64,000 nucleotides of DNA from Schizochytrium sp. TIO01 (GCA_004764695.1 SMSO01000035.1:4414040-4478039); one strand, 5' to 3'. Counted from the first letter of the stretch, positions 23,296 through 35,784 are shown. The notes: a model not told the origin generated them from the sequence alone. Numbers and translations: made by a program.

Positions 23296-24579
23296 TGGTG
23301 ACTAGGAGATACTGCTCCTGCACTTCTCCGCCTTCTTCTGTTGCTGTTGCTGTTCCTACCCAGGTACAGAGACGTACAACGCGGCCTTGACATCTTCATG
23401 AACTACCTCACTAGTGGCGAAAACAACCAGGCAGGTGCCTATTCATCGGCCCGCTATGCAGGTCCCCTCGAGTGCCATATCTCGCCTCCGGATCTGCTCT
23501 TCAAGTTGGCATTGGGCTGGGAGGGTGTGCGCTGCTTAAAGAGAGCTCTAGCTGGCTAGTGAGCACGAATTAGCATTTCTTGGCACATCTCGGCACGTGA
23601 AATTGGTTCACGCTGGTCTCTCTTATCTGCTCAGAGGTGGACTCTTCCAGGGGATTGCAGAAGAGAGCGCAGAGAGAACTACGGAAACCCTCGCTCGGAT
23701 GAATCGCTGCTGTTCTCGCAAAGAATGAAAAGGCGCATGGCTTCTCGGTAATGCTGGGGGGAGACAATTTGATTGATATCCTTCGCGGCGATCGCAGGGA
23801 AGCACGAACGTGCGTGAGGAGCCATGCAACGTTAAGCTTTTTCATGTTTCAAAAGATGGTATGGGTTGTGAATCAACAGAAGATGCGCAAGACTGATTAT
23901 AGAAAATATGACGATGGTCCGTTTGCAATATGCGAAAGCAGTTAGGCGTGACAAATATGTTTTGTTTTGTTTTGTTTAGCTCGCTCGCTCTGCCTGCAGC
24001 ATGTCGATTATTGTCATGGGAATGGCGATTCATGACGAAATGATTAAAAATTAAAGGTTCGCCATCGTTGAGCACAGCTACTCTACCCCTGCCGAATGTT
24101 ATTTACTGTACAGCAATATGCAGATATGTGATTCATGGCGTTTACCAACATTTCACATTCAGCTGCTTAAGTATCTGTACAGCAACCACAAAAAGATGCG
24201 CTGTTATAACCAAAGCAAGTATGTCCCGAAACCTAGTCGGGGAGTGAGTGTTGCGATAGTCCAACTGATTGTTTTTACTAAGATCGAACAACCTTTAGTA
24301 TTTCCATGAGCACCTGGAGGCTAGGGCAAAGACTTTCAATTGTAATCGTCTCTGTCATGGTCACAATACTCAGTCTTGAATATCTGGACATGACCTTGAT
24401 TCGTGTTGCAAGCTCGGTGCTTTTTATTATTGGTGTGCTGGAACCATTAAGAATCATTAGACATTCCTTGGTATTGATTTGACGCTTATACTTGAAAAAA
24501 TAGCTTATTCCAACTCTGTCTGCTCAAAATGAAAGTCTTGATTCCCAAGAATAATAGGTAAAACATTTAAAAAAATTGA

Positions 24580-24651
24580 TGGACACTCGGAGAATTGAAC
24601 TCCGGACCTCCCGCATGCTAAGCGGGCGCTCTACCACTGAGCTAAGCGCCC
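24580..24651 (-). tRNA. tRNA-Ala(AGC)
   Basis: GGGCGCTTAGCTCAGTGGTAGAGCGCCCGCTTAGCATGCGGGAGGTCCGGAGTTCAATTCTCCGAGTGTCCA: cloverleaf, anticodon AGC, G3:U70 Ala identity pair, T-run terminator at 24569-24575, no encoded CCA. Confidence 0.97.
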
Positions 24652-25128
24652 AATTGTATTTGATGATTCTTGTAAGCACCCTGAATTATATATATTTGGT
24701 GAATTTTTATGTGTTTGATTTTTTGATTTTTGAGATTGAGACTTCCACCAGGTTCTGCTATAATTTTTATGTTTATTTTTTTTTTTAATTAGGGAGGAAG
24801 CGGAGACCCCCAGCTGGATATATAATTGAATCATGAATTATAATTCTCTTGGATTATCAACGAAACGGGAAAAGAAATGCATAGAAAGGCAAGTTATTTT
24901 GGGTTTGTAAAATAATTCTAAGGTAAAAAGGGTTGAATGGTTGAATGGCGCCTTGACTTGCTTGTCACTCCCAAGACACAAATGTCCCTCGCTCTCACTG
25001 ATAGCCTCAGCTAACTTGTTAAAGAGCTTGGGGAACGGTGAGTGATGTTTGGCGACTTACTCGAGATTCGAGGGATATGATGATGATCGGTAGAGAATGA
25101 AATCCACAATTATATATAATGTGTCAGT

Positions 25129-26157
25129 TTACTGCTCATCCTTCATGAAGAGCTCAGTACAGATCTTCATGGTGTCTTCGAAGGAAGTGACAGTGTGACC
25201 AATGGTACGGGGATCGTTGAAGATCTCGTAGTCGTTACCGCCTTCATAGGTCTTATCACCAAAAAAGTGAATCTCGTCGTAGCCCTCGCCCTCAACAAAC
25301 TGGAGGCAGTAAGTCTTGTCCCATCCACGAGGGAAAACATCAAAGGAAATCTGGCCACCAATGGAAAACTTGAGGCCAAAGCTCTCACCGAACTCCTTTT
25401 CCAAAGCAGCAACCATCTTATCACGGATCTTGTGCTCGTGGTCGTAAGCCTCGAAGGCGTTGCGCTCCTCCCGGGAGCAGGTGCGGCCAATCGGGGAAAT
25501 GTTCAACATACCCTGGCGGTACTCGACAAAAGTTCCACGCTTGACAGGGCAATCTACATCAGCAAGGTAACGAAGGACAAAGTTGATAAAGGTCTTCAAC
25601 TTCTCCTCTCCGAGGTAGCCAACAAAAGACTGGGTGTGAAAGAGTTCGCCCTTGCGGTAAGCGACAAGGCCGTTCTCAGAAAAGCTGTAGTCGTACTCCT
25701 GGGTGACATCAGCACCAACCTGCTCGCGCTGCTTCTCCAAGTCAGATCCGCCGACAACACCAACAACAATCTTCTCGCGAAGCTTCTTCATGAAGGCATC
25801 CATCTCAGGGGTGATTGCCTGTGTAATATTAGTATCACGTAGTACGTGGAGAGTTCATAAACCATGATGATCGATCGTCCATGGAGAAGTTAGTTAACTT
25901 TTTCGCATTGAGCTGTTTGCTTTGAGCATGTACAGTTTCCTTTTCTCAAGAAGAATGTAATGCAATAGAGAACGTGGAAAACGGGGATCGAGAACTCAAA
26001 TGGCACAGTGCATTTGCGTATAAGTTCTGTATGTCTGCATACATTATCAAGCAAGCCGAGTGGCCAGATGTTATTGATTACTTACCTTACGCGCGACGGT
26101 CAGGGTGCCGTCGACGTCGAAGAGAGCAAGGATCTTGGTGTTCCTGGTGGCAGCCAT
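25129..26157 (-). CDS. PMM: Phosphomannomutase (HAD IIB, PMM/Sec53), 2 exons: 26157-26086 and 25818-25129, 253 aa
   Basis: Exon 1 [24 protein letters not shown] carries the DVDGT motif; exon 2 has [53 protein letters not shown]. Confidence 0.95.
25819..26085 (-). other. GT-AG intron of PMM (267 nt, phase 0)
   Basis: AAG|GTAAGT donor and ACACAG|GCA acceptor restore the frame. Confidence 0.9.
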
Positions 26158-27609
26158 CTTTGCAAAAGTGAGGTTTGACTAACTAGCACCTGCGTGTCCT
26201 GCAGAAGAAAAGACTCGGGAGTCGTACTATGAAGCGGGTCTGCCTCTGCTGTTCTTGTTGCCCTTTCTTTTCAATGCAAAGAAACAAAGACTTTTGATGA
26301 ATTCGTTCTGCCTCTGCCAAACTGGAATGGATTTTCTGCCTCTTGTCTCAGCAAACAGCAGCCCTCACATATTTTATCCTTTCTCATCGGCTCCTCTCTC
26401 CCCAAGTGCACTACGTGGGGGTATATAGCCACGAATCAACACGGAAAGACCGGGAAACAATGAGGTTGTCTCTCAACTTACTTTATGTACTGCATCAGAA
26501 ACGTTTTGTATACACCCCAGGTGAAAATAGCCCGTGGAGCGGAGATATAGCGGTATCTCGACTTCCAAGCACGCAGAGTTTTGGGCACTTGTTCAAAGGT
26601 CTGCTGCAAGCAACTACGTGGCGATCAGTTTCCTACCGGATGTGGCAAAGAACTTCTGACCACTAGTAAAACAAAATCATTTTTGTTACGGAATCTTTTG
26701 TTACAGTATGTGGATATTACCACTACTAGGATCTGTTGGCGCATGCACCAAGAATACAAACCGCTGGCTTCTACGTTGTAATGTGGTAGACAATGTTCAT
26801 GATATGCTTTGATTTGAGTTTTCACACAAGGAAATGGTATTTTAAATCGAAGGAACACTAGTGAGAAAGGATGGTGTTATATGTCGTTCTTATTCTGACA
26901 GAATATTTATTAGACCTAAGGACGCGTCGATGGATAAATAGATGTGAAACATGAGATTAGGATGCCAACCTCATTTCAGATCAAGCTGATCAAGCTGTAT
27001 TGAGAATAATTCTCCGATTCCAAAGTCCAGTATGGTTGTAGATTGAGGAGGAGCAGTAGCACATGCCTAGACCCGAAGCTCCAACCAATTCCAAAGTGCA
27101 TCATGAGGCATTATGCCAAACATTCGGAACGCAATTGTCTATTGGCTCGGTTACAGAGCACCAACAAATACCCCACTATCTGCTTTCTTGCCAAAAGAAA
27201 TAAAGTTTCTCTATCCTCCCCATTGCTAAATTAGTACAAGAATATATGCTCTATGGTTACCATTCTGATACGAGTAAAGAAAAGAGCAAATTGGGCAAAA
27301 CGGGTGTCCAGTGAATAATTTCCCAGAGGCAAGCTGTCCTTGAAAAATGTCCAGGTCTTCCAAGGTGTATTCATGTACAACAACTTGACACTTTACAAGT
27401 AGGTGATTTATTCTTGCATGAACAAAGTGAAATATTTTAAAGAGCTATGCACATAGGATCAGCCTCTGAACTCGGTCTCTATTATGTTATTGATTTCGCA
27501 TCGCATGTAAATGGGAAGGAAATGTGTGCCATGGGGTGAACATTCTTCAAACTATTATTTTTGAAGAATTAGCATCACATGAATATTTGATTATGAGAGG
27601 TATGACGAC

Positions 27610-29263
27610 CTATCGGCCATTGTTATAGCGGGTTTCACGAACTCTCTGTTGTGCAGCGACAATGTTCTCTGGTAGAGGCTTAGGGTTTGCTCGAGGGTAA
27701 TCGTTAGGTTGGCGTTGGAACTGCATCGTGAGAGGGTCATCCAGAGCATTCTTACGAACTTGTTCTGTATATTTAACATAGAATTCGGTAAAGCACGGAT
27801 GACTAAGAGCTTCACTTGCAGAAATACGTTCTTTTGGGTTAAGTTTGAGCATTTGCTCCAAAAGATTCAGGAATCCAAGATTGGGTGGAGATTCAGCATG
27901 CCGTGTCAAAATTGCATTGAGTTGTCCTGTCGCAGGCCAGTTGTGTGAAGAAGACTTGTCGTTTATAAGTGCTTTGTAGTGTGGCAAATCTTCCACACCT
28001 GGCCACGTATTATTTGTTGGGATACCAAGAACGCTAAAAACTTGTTTGCTCTGATCAGCTTCGAAATGCGAGCTCTTCTCGTTCTGACGACCAGCAAACA
28101 GCGCGGGTGGAGCACGCTGAGCATGCGCAAATAGAAGCTCTGCGAAAATGCACCCAAGGGACCATACATCGACTGCAGTCGTGTAGTGCTTCGCTCCAAG
28201 CAAAAGCTCAGGGGCGCGGTACCAAAGAGTCACCACAGTCTTGTCCACAACTCCAAGTTTCTCCGTAGGGCTTCGAAAAATGCGCGCTAGACCCATATCC
28301 GCAAGCTGCAAAGTTCCGCGTTTCTTTCCATCACCAATGATCAAAATGTTTTGAGGTTTCAGATCGCGGTGAAGGACCCAATTCCGATGCATGTACTCCA
28401 AACCCTTGAGCATTTGACACATCATTGCTTTGCACATATAGTCGGAAATCTTTTCCTTGTCCTTGCGGTGTTTCCGCAATACGCTGTCTAAAGTCCATGC
28501 GGCAAAATCCATGACAAGAGCAACATCCCTTTCCCTGGGATCAATCACCACATCAGTGAGCTGGACAATATTTTCATGGTTCAGCTCGCGTAGAAGCTTG
28601 ATTTCTCGAAGAGTACTGATAGATGTTACCGAAGGACGCTCCATTTCATCGTGGCTGCGTTTGATCATTTTGATTGCATACACAGTTTCATCATTATCCT
28701 GACCAGGGTTTCGCCATCTTTTTGCGCGATAACTGTCATGAGAAACACACAGAGATAAATAATAGGTGAAGAGACCCACCAAATGAGACATCAAAGTTAG
28801 TCATCTTTCAAAGTTCTCCAGCGCAGAATTTTCATCCATCTACCCACAGCTAACATGCCATCGCTTGTACCAGTCCTTTTAGCATTTCCGAGCGCCAAAT
28901 GCCTTTCTTCAATGTAATAGCCTCCCTAGTGAAATAGAGGAGAAGACAAACACATTGAGACGAATTCTCTCCAAACAACTATGGTAGTGATTTTAAATAA
29001 TCAGGGAGGGGAGGGGGGGGGGGGGGGGGGGGGGCAATAACGCAGAGAGAAAGCTTATCAAAAGCGATCAAGATCCAAGATCTAATGCTGGGTTTAGAGA
29101 ACGGCACGAAGCGCATTAATACTTGCTCCATGTATGTTGTTGTCCACACTGTTCTGCTCCAGGTTGACCTGAAAATTTTAAGAAAGCTAACCTACACGCG
29201 ACCATAAGTTCCCTCGCCAATCTCTCCTTCGAGCTCGTATCGAGACAACAGCTCAGGACTCAT
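27610..29263 (-). CDS. CDK8: Cyclin-dependent kinase 8 (Mediator kinase/CDKE), 2 exons: 29263-29196 and 28732-27610, 396 aa
   Basis: Exon 1 MSPELLSRYELEGEIGEGTYGRV (Gly loop); exon 2 YAIK, SISTLREIKLLREL, NWVLHRDLKPQNIL, ADMGLARIF (DMG is typical of CDK8), DKTVVTLWYRAPELLLGAKHYT. Confidence 0.9.
28733..29195 (-). other. GT-AG intron of CDK8 (463 nt, phase 2)
   Basis: CGC GT|GTAGGT ... ATGACAG|T TAT restores G-R-V-Y-R-A-K. Confidence 0.85.
29004..29034 (+). repeat. G-tract (gggaggggaG22) inside the CDK8 intron, potential G-quadruplex
   Basis: Direct inspection. Confidence 0.8.
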
Positions 29264-29713
29264 TCTCCCTTCAGCGAGCACAAGACGACGCCACAGAGAT
29301 AGAGCATTGCTCTCATCCGCCGCTTTCTTTCTTTCTGTCTTTCTTTCTTTCTTTCACTTTCTGCTAATAGCCTACTACTTCTTAACTACTAGATACTTAC
29401 CTACCACTAAGTAGCGCTTACGACCTTCTACATTCAGCTTACTATTTGGGCCAAGAGAGTAAAGGTGAAGCTTCTACTTAAAGATACAACGCGAGCGCGT
29501 AGAGGCATCGTTTGCTTACATTGAAGAAGTATGTCTTCCTACACTCTGAGACACTCATTTGTTAGAGGTTTCTTGATCATGAAGTAAGATTATTGGAGCT
29601 CACTTATTTTCAGATTATATGTAAACTAAAAGCAATTTCGCCTGGTTTTTAATACAAAATGCAGTGGCATAGACGTGTCAAACGTACACCTTCAGTTGAA
29701 TCTCTTGATATTG

Positions 29714-29739
29714 AAAAAAAAAAAAAAAAAAAAAAAAAA
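29714..29739 (+). repeat. Poly(A) run, 26 nt
   Basis: Direct inspection. Confidence 0.9.
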
Positions 29740-30100
29740 CGTCTACAATACTAATTCAAGGTAAACGTGTCTGCTTTCACCAGTCAGAGCGTGCGACAAG
29801 ATTCTCTCTTTTGCGAAAAGACCCTACATACTGATCAGCGCTGCCACGCACAATGCGCTCAAGGTAGGGGTGCTAAGCTTCCTTGCTACCAGCATTATCA
29901 TATCCTTTAACTTGAGTTTTTGCCCAACTTGAAGCAGAATTTTTATAGGAATGATTGGAGAGTACAGCACATTACCTTAGTCGCGGCTCGTTCCACAACA
30001 AGCTCAATGGCGGCACATAGTTCAGAAAAGGAACATGAAAAAATAACAAAGACATAAGAATAGAGATGTGATAGTAAAATTAGCCTTGCAGGGAACTAGA

Positions 30101-32164
30101 TTATGACAACGTAAAGACAGGGACTGCAACAATGTTACTCATGGCGCCGGCAAGGTTGTCGGTGTCAGCCTCTTCAGCGCTCTCATCCTCGGATGAGGAT
30201 CCTGAGCCCTCCTCATTATCATCACTATCATCATCGTCAATCATTTTCGTAGCAGGTTTAGGGGCCGCTTCTCCAGGGGCTACAAAGTTAAGTGGCACAG
30301 CACGGCGCTTCTGGCCCTTTCGGAGCTCTTGGTCAAACAAAGACTTGTAGGTGATCGCCACAAACTCGTCAAGGGGAATAGGGGGTTGGATTTTCTTAGA
30401 CTCCATACTTGCCTTCAGCTCAGTCTCAAAAATTGAGTGAACCAAGGTTGCTACCTTGGGGCAATAGTGCTTGCCAAGAGCCTCTACTTCCCACAAACAG
30501 GAGTCCATAGCACCGCACTTGGCAGGGTCTGTCTCCTCAAGGCGGAATGGGTCTTCGGAAGCATTTCCCTTTGCGGACTTCTCGAGCTGCTCCAGTTTAC
30601 GTTTCTTGCTCATGGTAAATTCATCGTTGTCACCTGTGTCGTCCTCCTTGTCTTCAGACTTAGCTGCTTTGCCGCCGAGAGCAAGGCGCAACGAAGCTTC
30701 CTTGATGGCATCGATCTTGCCACGTTTGTCAAAATCGGCATCATCTGCAACCTCTTCTCCGCGGTCACGCTTGAGTTCGGTCTCCGTAGGTTTGTGCAAG
30801 AGGGACAGGCAGGTCGGGTGGCGTTTGAGCAGGTTTCCAATCAGGACAACTGCGAACATGGCGCCGCTCGGCGGGGCGTAGAGCGCGAGGCGAGCAATCT
30901 TCTTCGCGAAGGCAGCCACGAGGTAGGAAGCCAAGTGAGTAGAAGCCATAACGCGGCTGAGCAACTCGAAGAATTGCGCCCTGTGTTTAGCGTGGAAGGT
31001 GTCGTAGTCCAACAGTCTGTAGAGCTTAGAGTAAAACTCCGGATAGTCGAGATGGTGCTCCATCATGAGTTGAAAGAGCGAGTTCAAGGCCAACATCGCC
31101 GTGGGCCCTCTTTGTTCGTACGCGTCTGTGAGGAAGTCACTCAGCAAGAGCGGGTCCTGGAGATATGGAACTACGCGATTAGGAAGGCAAACCATAATAC
31201 GCCTGTAGAGACGCGGTGTGAACGAGCCAAGCTGCAAGAATGAGAGCCAAGCTGCCTGGAAGGCACGCCGCTGATTCTTGAGCTCGCGCTTTGGGTTCTT
31301 CGGTACGCGCTGGATCCAGAACTTCTCCTCCACCTCCATATCCTCAGGATCCACTTCCGAGGGTGTACTATAAAGAATCTCAAACACATTCTCCCCCAAT
31401 ACCTTACGGTCCAGATCGGACGGGATCTTTCCAAAAATGTTCTCCTTTGCGTTCTCGCCATTCTTCTTTTTGGCATCCTCACTGTCACCTTCGTCGCTGT
31501 CCTCAGAATCGTCTGTCTTCCTAGTGGTATCCTTTTGCGCTGCGCAAACCTTCTGCACGGCCAGCAATGTGTGGTAGCGCACATCCACGTACGACTCGAT
31601 ATACTCCTCTCTCAGCGTACGAAGCAGCTGTCCCTCTGCGCCCCCGGAAATGGGCTGCGCAACCAACGCAGACACGAGCACGGTGTAGAGCTCCGTACCA
31701 AAGGATCCTTCTGTTGCATCTGTAGATAGTTCTGAGGACATTGCGTCGCGCTGTACGAGGTGCATAAGCGTACGCAGAGCGGCCACCTGGCAAGTATCCT
31801 TCTCGTGGTAAAGCCATTCGGTGAGGATGGTGCAGTAAGCAGAGTAGCGCTCGCGAAGCCAGCGTCTGAACTTGCGGAGTGTTTCACGTTTAGCAAGCTG
31901 GTCCTTCTTAGCATCATTGGACTCGGCCTCCTCAAGCTCAGACACGGTGGGCCTGGGCAGAGGGCGCAGGTCGCCATCCTCGAGGAAGCGTGAAAAGGTG
32001 CGGCGCAGAGCGTGCATGGCAGCCATGGCCTCTTCAGAGCCAGATGAGGAACCCTCGCGCATAGCACGGAGCATCTTGACCACATTGTTCACCTTGCTAA
32101 GTCCAGCATCGCGGACGTCGGCCTCAAGAGACCGCACGCCGGAGTCGGCGTCCTGTTTGGGCAT
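30101..32164 (-). CDS. NOC4: Nucleolar complex protein 4 (CBF/Mak21 family)
   Basis: PLLLSDFLTDAY..ALNSLFQLMMEHHLDYPEFYSKLYRLL..HRAQFFELL..STHLASYLVAAFAKKIARLAL.APP..GNLLKRHP; AMDSCLWEVEALGKHYCPKV. Confidence 0.93.
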   Translation of the reverse strand: MPKQDADSGVRSLEADVRDAGLSKVNNVVKMLRAMREGSSSGSEEAMAAMHALRRTFSRFLEDGDLRPLPRPTVSELEEAESNDAKKDQLAKRETLRKFRRWLRERYSAYCTILTEWLYHEKDTCQVAALRTLMHLVQRDAMSSELSTDATEGSFGTELYTVLVSALVAQPISGGAEGQLLRTLREEYIESYVDVRYHTLLAVQKVCAAQKDTTRKTDDSEDSDEGDSEDAKKKNGENAKENIFGKIPSDLDRKVLGENVFEILYSTPSEVDPEDMEVEEKFWIQRVPKNPKRELKNQRRAFQAAWLSFLQLGSFTPRLYRRIMVCLPNRVVPYLQDPLLLSDFLTDAYEQRGPTAMLALNSLFQLMMEHHLDYPEFYSKLYRLLDYDTFHAKHRAQFFELLSRVMASTHLASYLVAAFAKKIARLALYAPPSGAMFAVVLIGNLLKRHPTCLSLLHKPTETELKRDRGEEVADDADFDKRGKIDAIKEASLRLALGGKAAKSEDKEDDTGDNDEFTMSKKRKLEQLEKSAKGNASEDPFRLEETDPAKCGAMDSCLWEVEALGKHYCPKVATLVHSIFETELKASMESKKIQPPIPLDEFVAITYKSLFDQELRKGQKRRAVPLNFVAPGEAAPKPATKMIDDDDSDDNEEGSGSSSEDESAEEADTDNLAGAMSNIVAVPVFTLS

Positions 32165-33116
32165 GGCGAAGGATGTCTGCGTCTCTCAGGTGTCTAGCGA
32201 GAGCTCGATCACTGGTGGCGTGCTCGCTCCCGCAAGCCAGTCAGTCTTCAGCAGTCAGTGCCACCCACCGCTGCTGATCTGATGCTGCTTACGCTGCTCC
32301 TGTTGCTACAGAATTGAAGACACCAAAAATGAAAGCGCAAGAACCACTCACTCAAATTCATTCACTCCACAGCCTTCTTCGCCACACTCACTAGAACCAC
32401 TCGTACTTTGCATAATAGTATGCTTTCTTTAGTAGCGCTACCAATTCCTACCTATCTACTATCGCCTAGTACTACAATTGTGGTTAAATAGAATAGGAAA
32501 ACAAACCAATTACCATATCATGTACCAGTAAACAGTTTTAATTCGGACCCTCGGTTGTAACTTGAATTAAAACTCACTCTAGCCTGGCTGCTGCCTCTGT
32601 CAATCTTTAACTTTGGTAAAAAGTATGATCCAAGATTCATGCCAAATCAAATTAGACATATGCGTCCATGATCAGCAACAATTACAGCCAATTTATTTCT
32701 ATAGCAGTGATAGTGAATTACTAGTACTGCGTATGTATAGTACTAGATACCTACGTATAGTAATAATAGGTAGTACATAAGTGCCTTAAAATCTTATCAT
32801 TCAGTTTTTGCCCTTGGTGGGATGACGATGAGAGTGCAAGATCGCAGAGACGCGCAAACCCTCAACGAGGATGAGAAAGGAAACTTAGGAAGCGAAAGAG
32901 GGTCAGACTTGCAGTTGAAGACGACTGGGAAGGTGGTGGAGACATCACAGCGAGGAGGCTTCTTTTTCAACGCTTTCTGCTTTTTGTTCTGCGACGGAAC
33001 TAATTGAGTCGTTTATGAGAGGAAAGGGCCACGCTTATACACGACTCACCTCGACATAAGTAGTTGATTTTCTTCAACAAAGCAACGCAGGGATCCTTGT
33101 GGACGACTAAAACCTA

Positions 33117-33983
33117 ATGCTTTGGACACTCGTACAAGTCTCGCGACCAGGATTCTGGATCATTACTATCTGGTGCTATGTGGTGGGACTTCAAGGACAG
33201 GGTATTTCGCACATTCACGAGCCGGTCCTTTGGCTAGGGCTGTTTTATGCAGCGTTCCCAGCAAATGCTCTGCTCTACGCTTGGAATGACCTTAATGATG
33301 CAGACCTAGATCGTCATAACCCGCGAAAGGGCGCTTATCTGTTGGGTATTTCCCATCTCTCCAACCAAGAGACTCTTGACGTCTTTCAGGCGGCGTTTGC
33401 AATCAATCTTGGGTTTTTGTTTGCTTTGGGACTTATGACTAACCTGATTTCAATTGTAGGTTGGTTTATATGCGCATGCATTACAAACTATGCATACAAT
33501 AATTTTCCTTGCTGGCGAGAAGGCCCGGCACCTTTTGATTTCGTCGGTCCAATGGGTTACCTTCTTTTCATCTGGTTTGCTGCTATAGTGAATGATCTAC
33601 ATCTGCCCTCTGTGGCAACCTTCGCTTTTCATCTTTTTATGGTGATGCGCTCTCAGCTATGGGGTCAAATAATTGACCTTGGACCAGATGTCAAGGCTCG
33701 TCGCCAAACCACAGCGGTGGTTTTAGGTATCAAAGGCGCTCGAGCGTTACTGGCATGCTTAGTCTTTTGTGAACTCTGTGTTGCTATTTTTAGTTTGGGC
33801 AACCAATATGTGATACTCTTTTCTGCTCTTAGTATGTTCACGGCCTTGCTGGAGCTCTTCATTTACCCATCCCGAAGTCCAAGTCTGCAAGAGGCTGCTC
33901 TGACCGGGATGCTCATGACACCTGCCGCTGGGGTTCTATTGCTACATTTGTTTGTGGCCACATCGGATGTTCCCTTTCCATAG
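33117..33983 (+). CDS. UbiA-superfamily membrane prenyltransferase (most like the prokaryotic CrtEb/LyeJ-related subgroup)
   Basis: VSRPGFW, FPANALLYAWNDLNDADLDRHNPRKG (NDxxDxxxD motif), second motif DLGPDVKARRQTTAV; multiple TM helices. Confidence 0.8.
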   Translation: MLWTLVQVSRPGFWIITIWCYVVGLQGQGISHIHEPVLWLGLFYAAFPANALLYAWNDLNDADLDRHNPRKGAYLLGISHLSNQETLDVFQAAFAINLGFLFALGLMTNLISIVGWFICACITNYAYNNFPCWREGPAPFDFVGPMGYLLFIWFAAIVNDLHLPSVATFAFHLFMVMRSQLWGQIIDLGPDVKARRQTTAVVLGIKGARALLACLVFCELCVAIFSLGNQYVILFSALSMFTALLELFIYPSRSPSLQEAALTGMLMTPAAGVLLLHLFVATSDVPFP

Positions 33984-34371
33984 TTCTGAAAAATGTACTC
34001 GACAGGACCACAAGTCCATAAAACGGCAAGCTGTGAAATTATTATCTGTAAACATTGGTTTCTTTTTTAATTTTGCCTTGTTTTATTGTTATAACCTTCT
34101 CAGTCTCTTTCCCTTTTTGCTCATCAACATCTTAAAGGGCATCATAATAATATGCGTGAATTAGTCTTGAGATTGCGGTTTCTGGCCAATTTAATCGATC
34201 GGTCTTGTCCTGATATTCTCTGTCTCAAGAAGTCGAGAGGTATTATCCCTGCCTTTTGAAACTGGGGGACGCGAGAGAAAGGTGAATTTTACATTTTATC
34301 TTTAACATGACAATCCCTTCCTAGCAATTCCTGTCACTAAGAACGGTCAAGTAGTAATATTTAATTCTTCC

Positions 34372-35184
34372 TTAGTTCGACACATCTGCTGTCTGAGGAG
34401 AACGAGTGTCCCGAGCAAAACGGTACGCAATTATGTCATCAGCCTCCACTTCGAAGACACCATTACCTCCAGGAAGCCTGTCCATCGATGCAGCGTCCAC
34501 AGCAGCCCGCGCCACTGCGTCAACAGAGACGGGGGGGGAAAGCACGCCCTTGAATACCGAAGGAACGCTACGCTCCAGGTATCCAGAAATGCCAGTTTGT
34601 GACAACCCTTGCATGAGAAAACTTGTGGGAGCCATGACTGTCCAGAGTGGGATGGGCATTCCGCCTTCCGTATAACGGGTACCGTATATGGCCGAAGGCT
34701 TCAGGATAACTGCACCGCGATCATTTGACCCCTCAGCAAACTTAATCGCTGCCTGGCGGGCTAGCTCTTTGCCTTCACGGTACCCGCTTGGAGTCCATTC
34801 CGGCATTGTTGCATTGATAAGAACAAGACGTTTCACACCCTGCTCAGCAGCAGCCTCAATAATGGAGACGCAGGTTTCTCCGTTCGCTTTGACCTGTTCG
34901 AGACGGGCCTCCTCAGAGTTTGTAGGGAGAGGAGGACTTCCGACTGAAATGATGACAGCTGAGTCGCTGCTGAGACGATCCTTGAAAGTTCCAGGCTGCA
35001 GCGAGTCTCCCTGGGCCCATTCAACCTTATTCAGCCACTTGGGCTGGTCCTGTCTGTGCGGAGGTTTGCCACTCCTTGTGAGAGACACGAACTCGCTGGC
35101 ACTGCCACGACTCACCATCATTTCCAGGATCCTGGAGCCCACGAAGCCCGAACCGCCAAAAACAACCATACGTTTAAACACCAT
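34372..35184 (-). CDS. Atypical SDR / NAD(P)-binding protein, COQ11/NDUFA9-like
   Basis: VVFGGSGFVGSRI, SLTRSGKP, VEWAQGD, GYREGK (YxxxK), ILKPSAIYG, PPVSVDAVARAAV. Confidence 0.8.
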   Translation of the reverse strand: MVFKRMVVFGGSGFVGSRILEMMVSRGSASEFVSLTRSGKPPHRQDQPKWLNKVEWAQGDSLQPGTFKDRLSSDSAVIISVGSPPLPTNSEEARLEQVKANGETCVSIIEAAAEQGVKRLVLINATMPEWTPSGYREGKELARQAAIKFAEGSNDRGAVILKPSAIYGTRYTEGGMPIPLWTVMAPTSFLMQGLSQTGISGYLERSVPSVFKGVLSPPVSVDAVARAAVDAASMDRLPGGNGVFEVEADDIIAYRFARDTRSPQTADVSN

Positions 35185-35741
35185 GGTTCTTCTGTTCGCA
35201 AATGCTTTCCTTTCCTTTCCTTTCCTTTCCTTTCCTTTCCTTCAGACACGCAGAATTACTTGCACACGAGGTTTTGCCAATTGTCAATTGCGCAGTGCCT
35301 GGGCTAAGGGGGGTTGCCTCTTCAAGAGTCTCTTCTATGGCCCGATGCTTCAATTCGGATCTGCTGACGCTCGATGATCCCAATCGCCATCAAGAAACCT
35401 TCACGTTAGAGAGAGGTAGTATGTATCCGCCTAAGACAGGCACGTAGCAGCAACCTACTGATAACTAGGAGCAATTGATTCTTTTCCCATTCTTTTAAAT
35501 CTATTGCTTTTGTTTTTGGCAGGAAGGCAGTGAGTTCTTTCACTACAAAAGTCTATCATCTGGAACGAACTCCACGATCCCATGTTCTCTCAGAGTGCAA
35601 ACAGAGAGCCAATCGCTATTTATTGTTGAAAACAGCTGCAGAGCGATCACCGTCACCATGATCGGCGCAGGCAGGCGTCGAACGAGGTAAGCCAAGCAAG
35701 ACAAGCCGCCTCCAAGACAGCCAGATGACGAGGTAGAGTAC

Positions 35742-35784
<43 letters not shown>

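Noticed and set aside
25195-25842. 215-aa plus-strand ORF, and similar long antisense ORFs over NOC4, the SDR and dynein
   Set aside because: Antisense shadows of codon-biased genes
28733-28794. N-terminus MMSHLVGLFTYYLSLCVSHDS of ORF 27610-28794
   Set aside because: Intronic read-through; the Gly-rich loop is on the upstream exon 29263-29196
29393-29402. ATACTTACCT, identical to the U1 snRNA 5' end
   Set aside because: No U1 stem-loops or Sm site follow; more likely the reverse complement of a donor-like GGTAAGTAT or chance within a CTA-rich block
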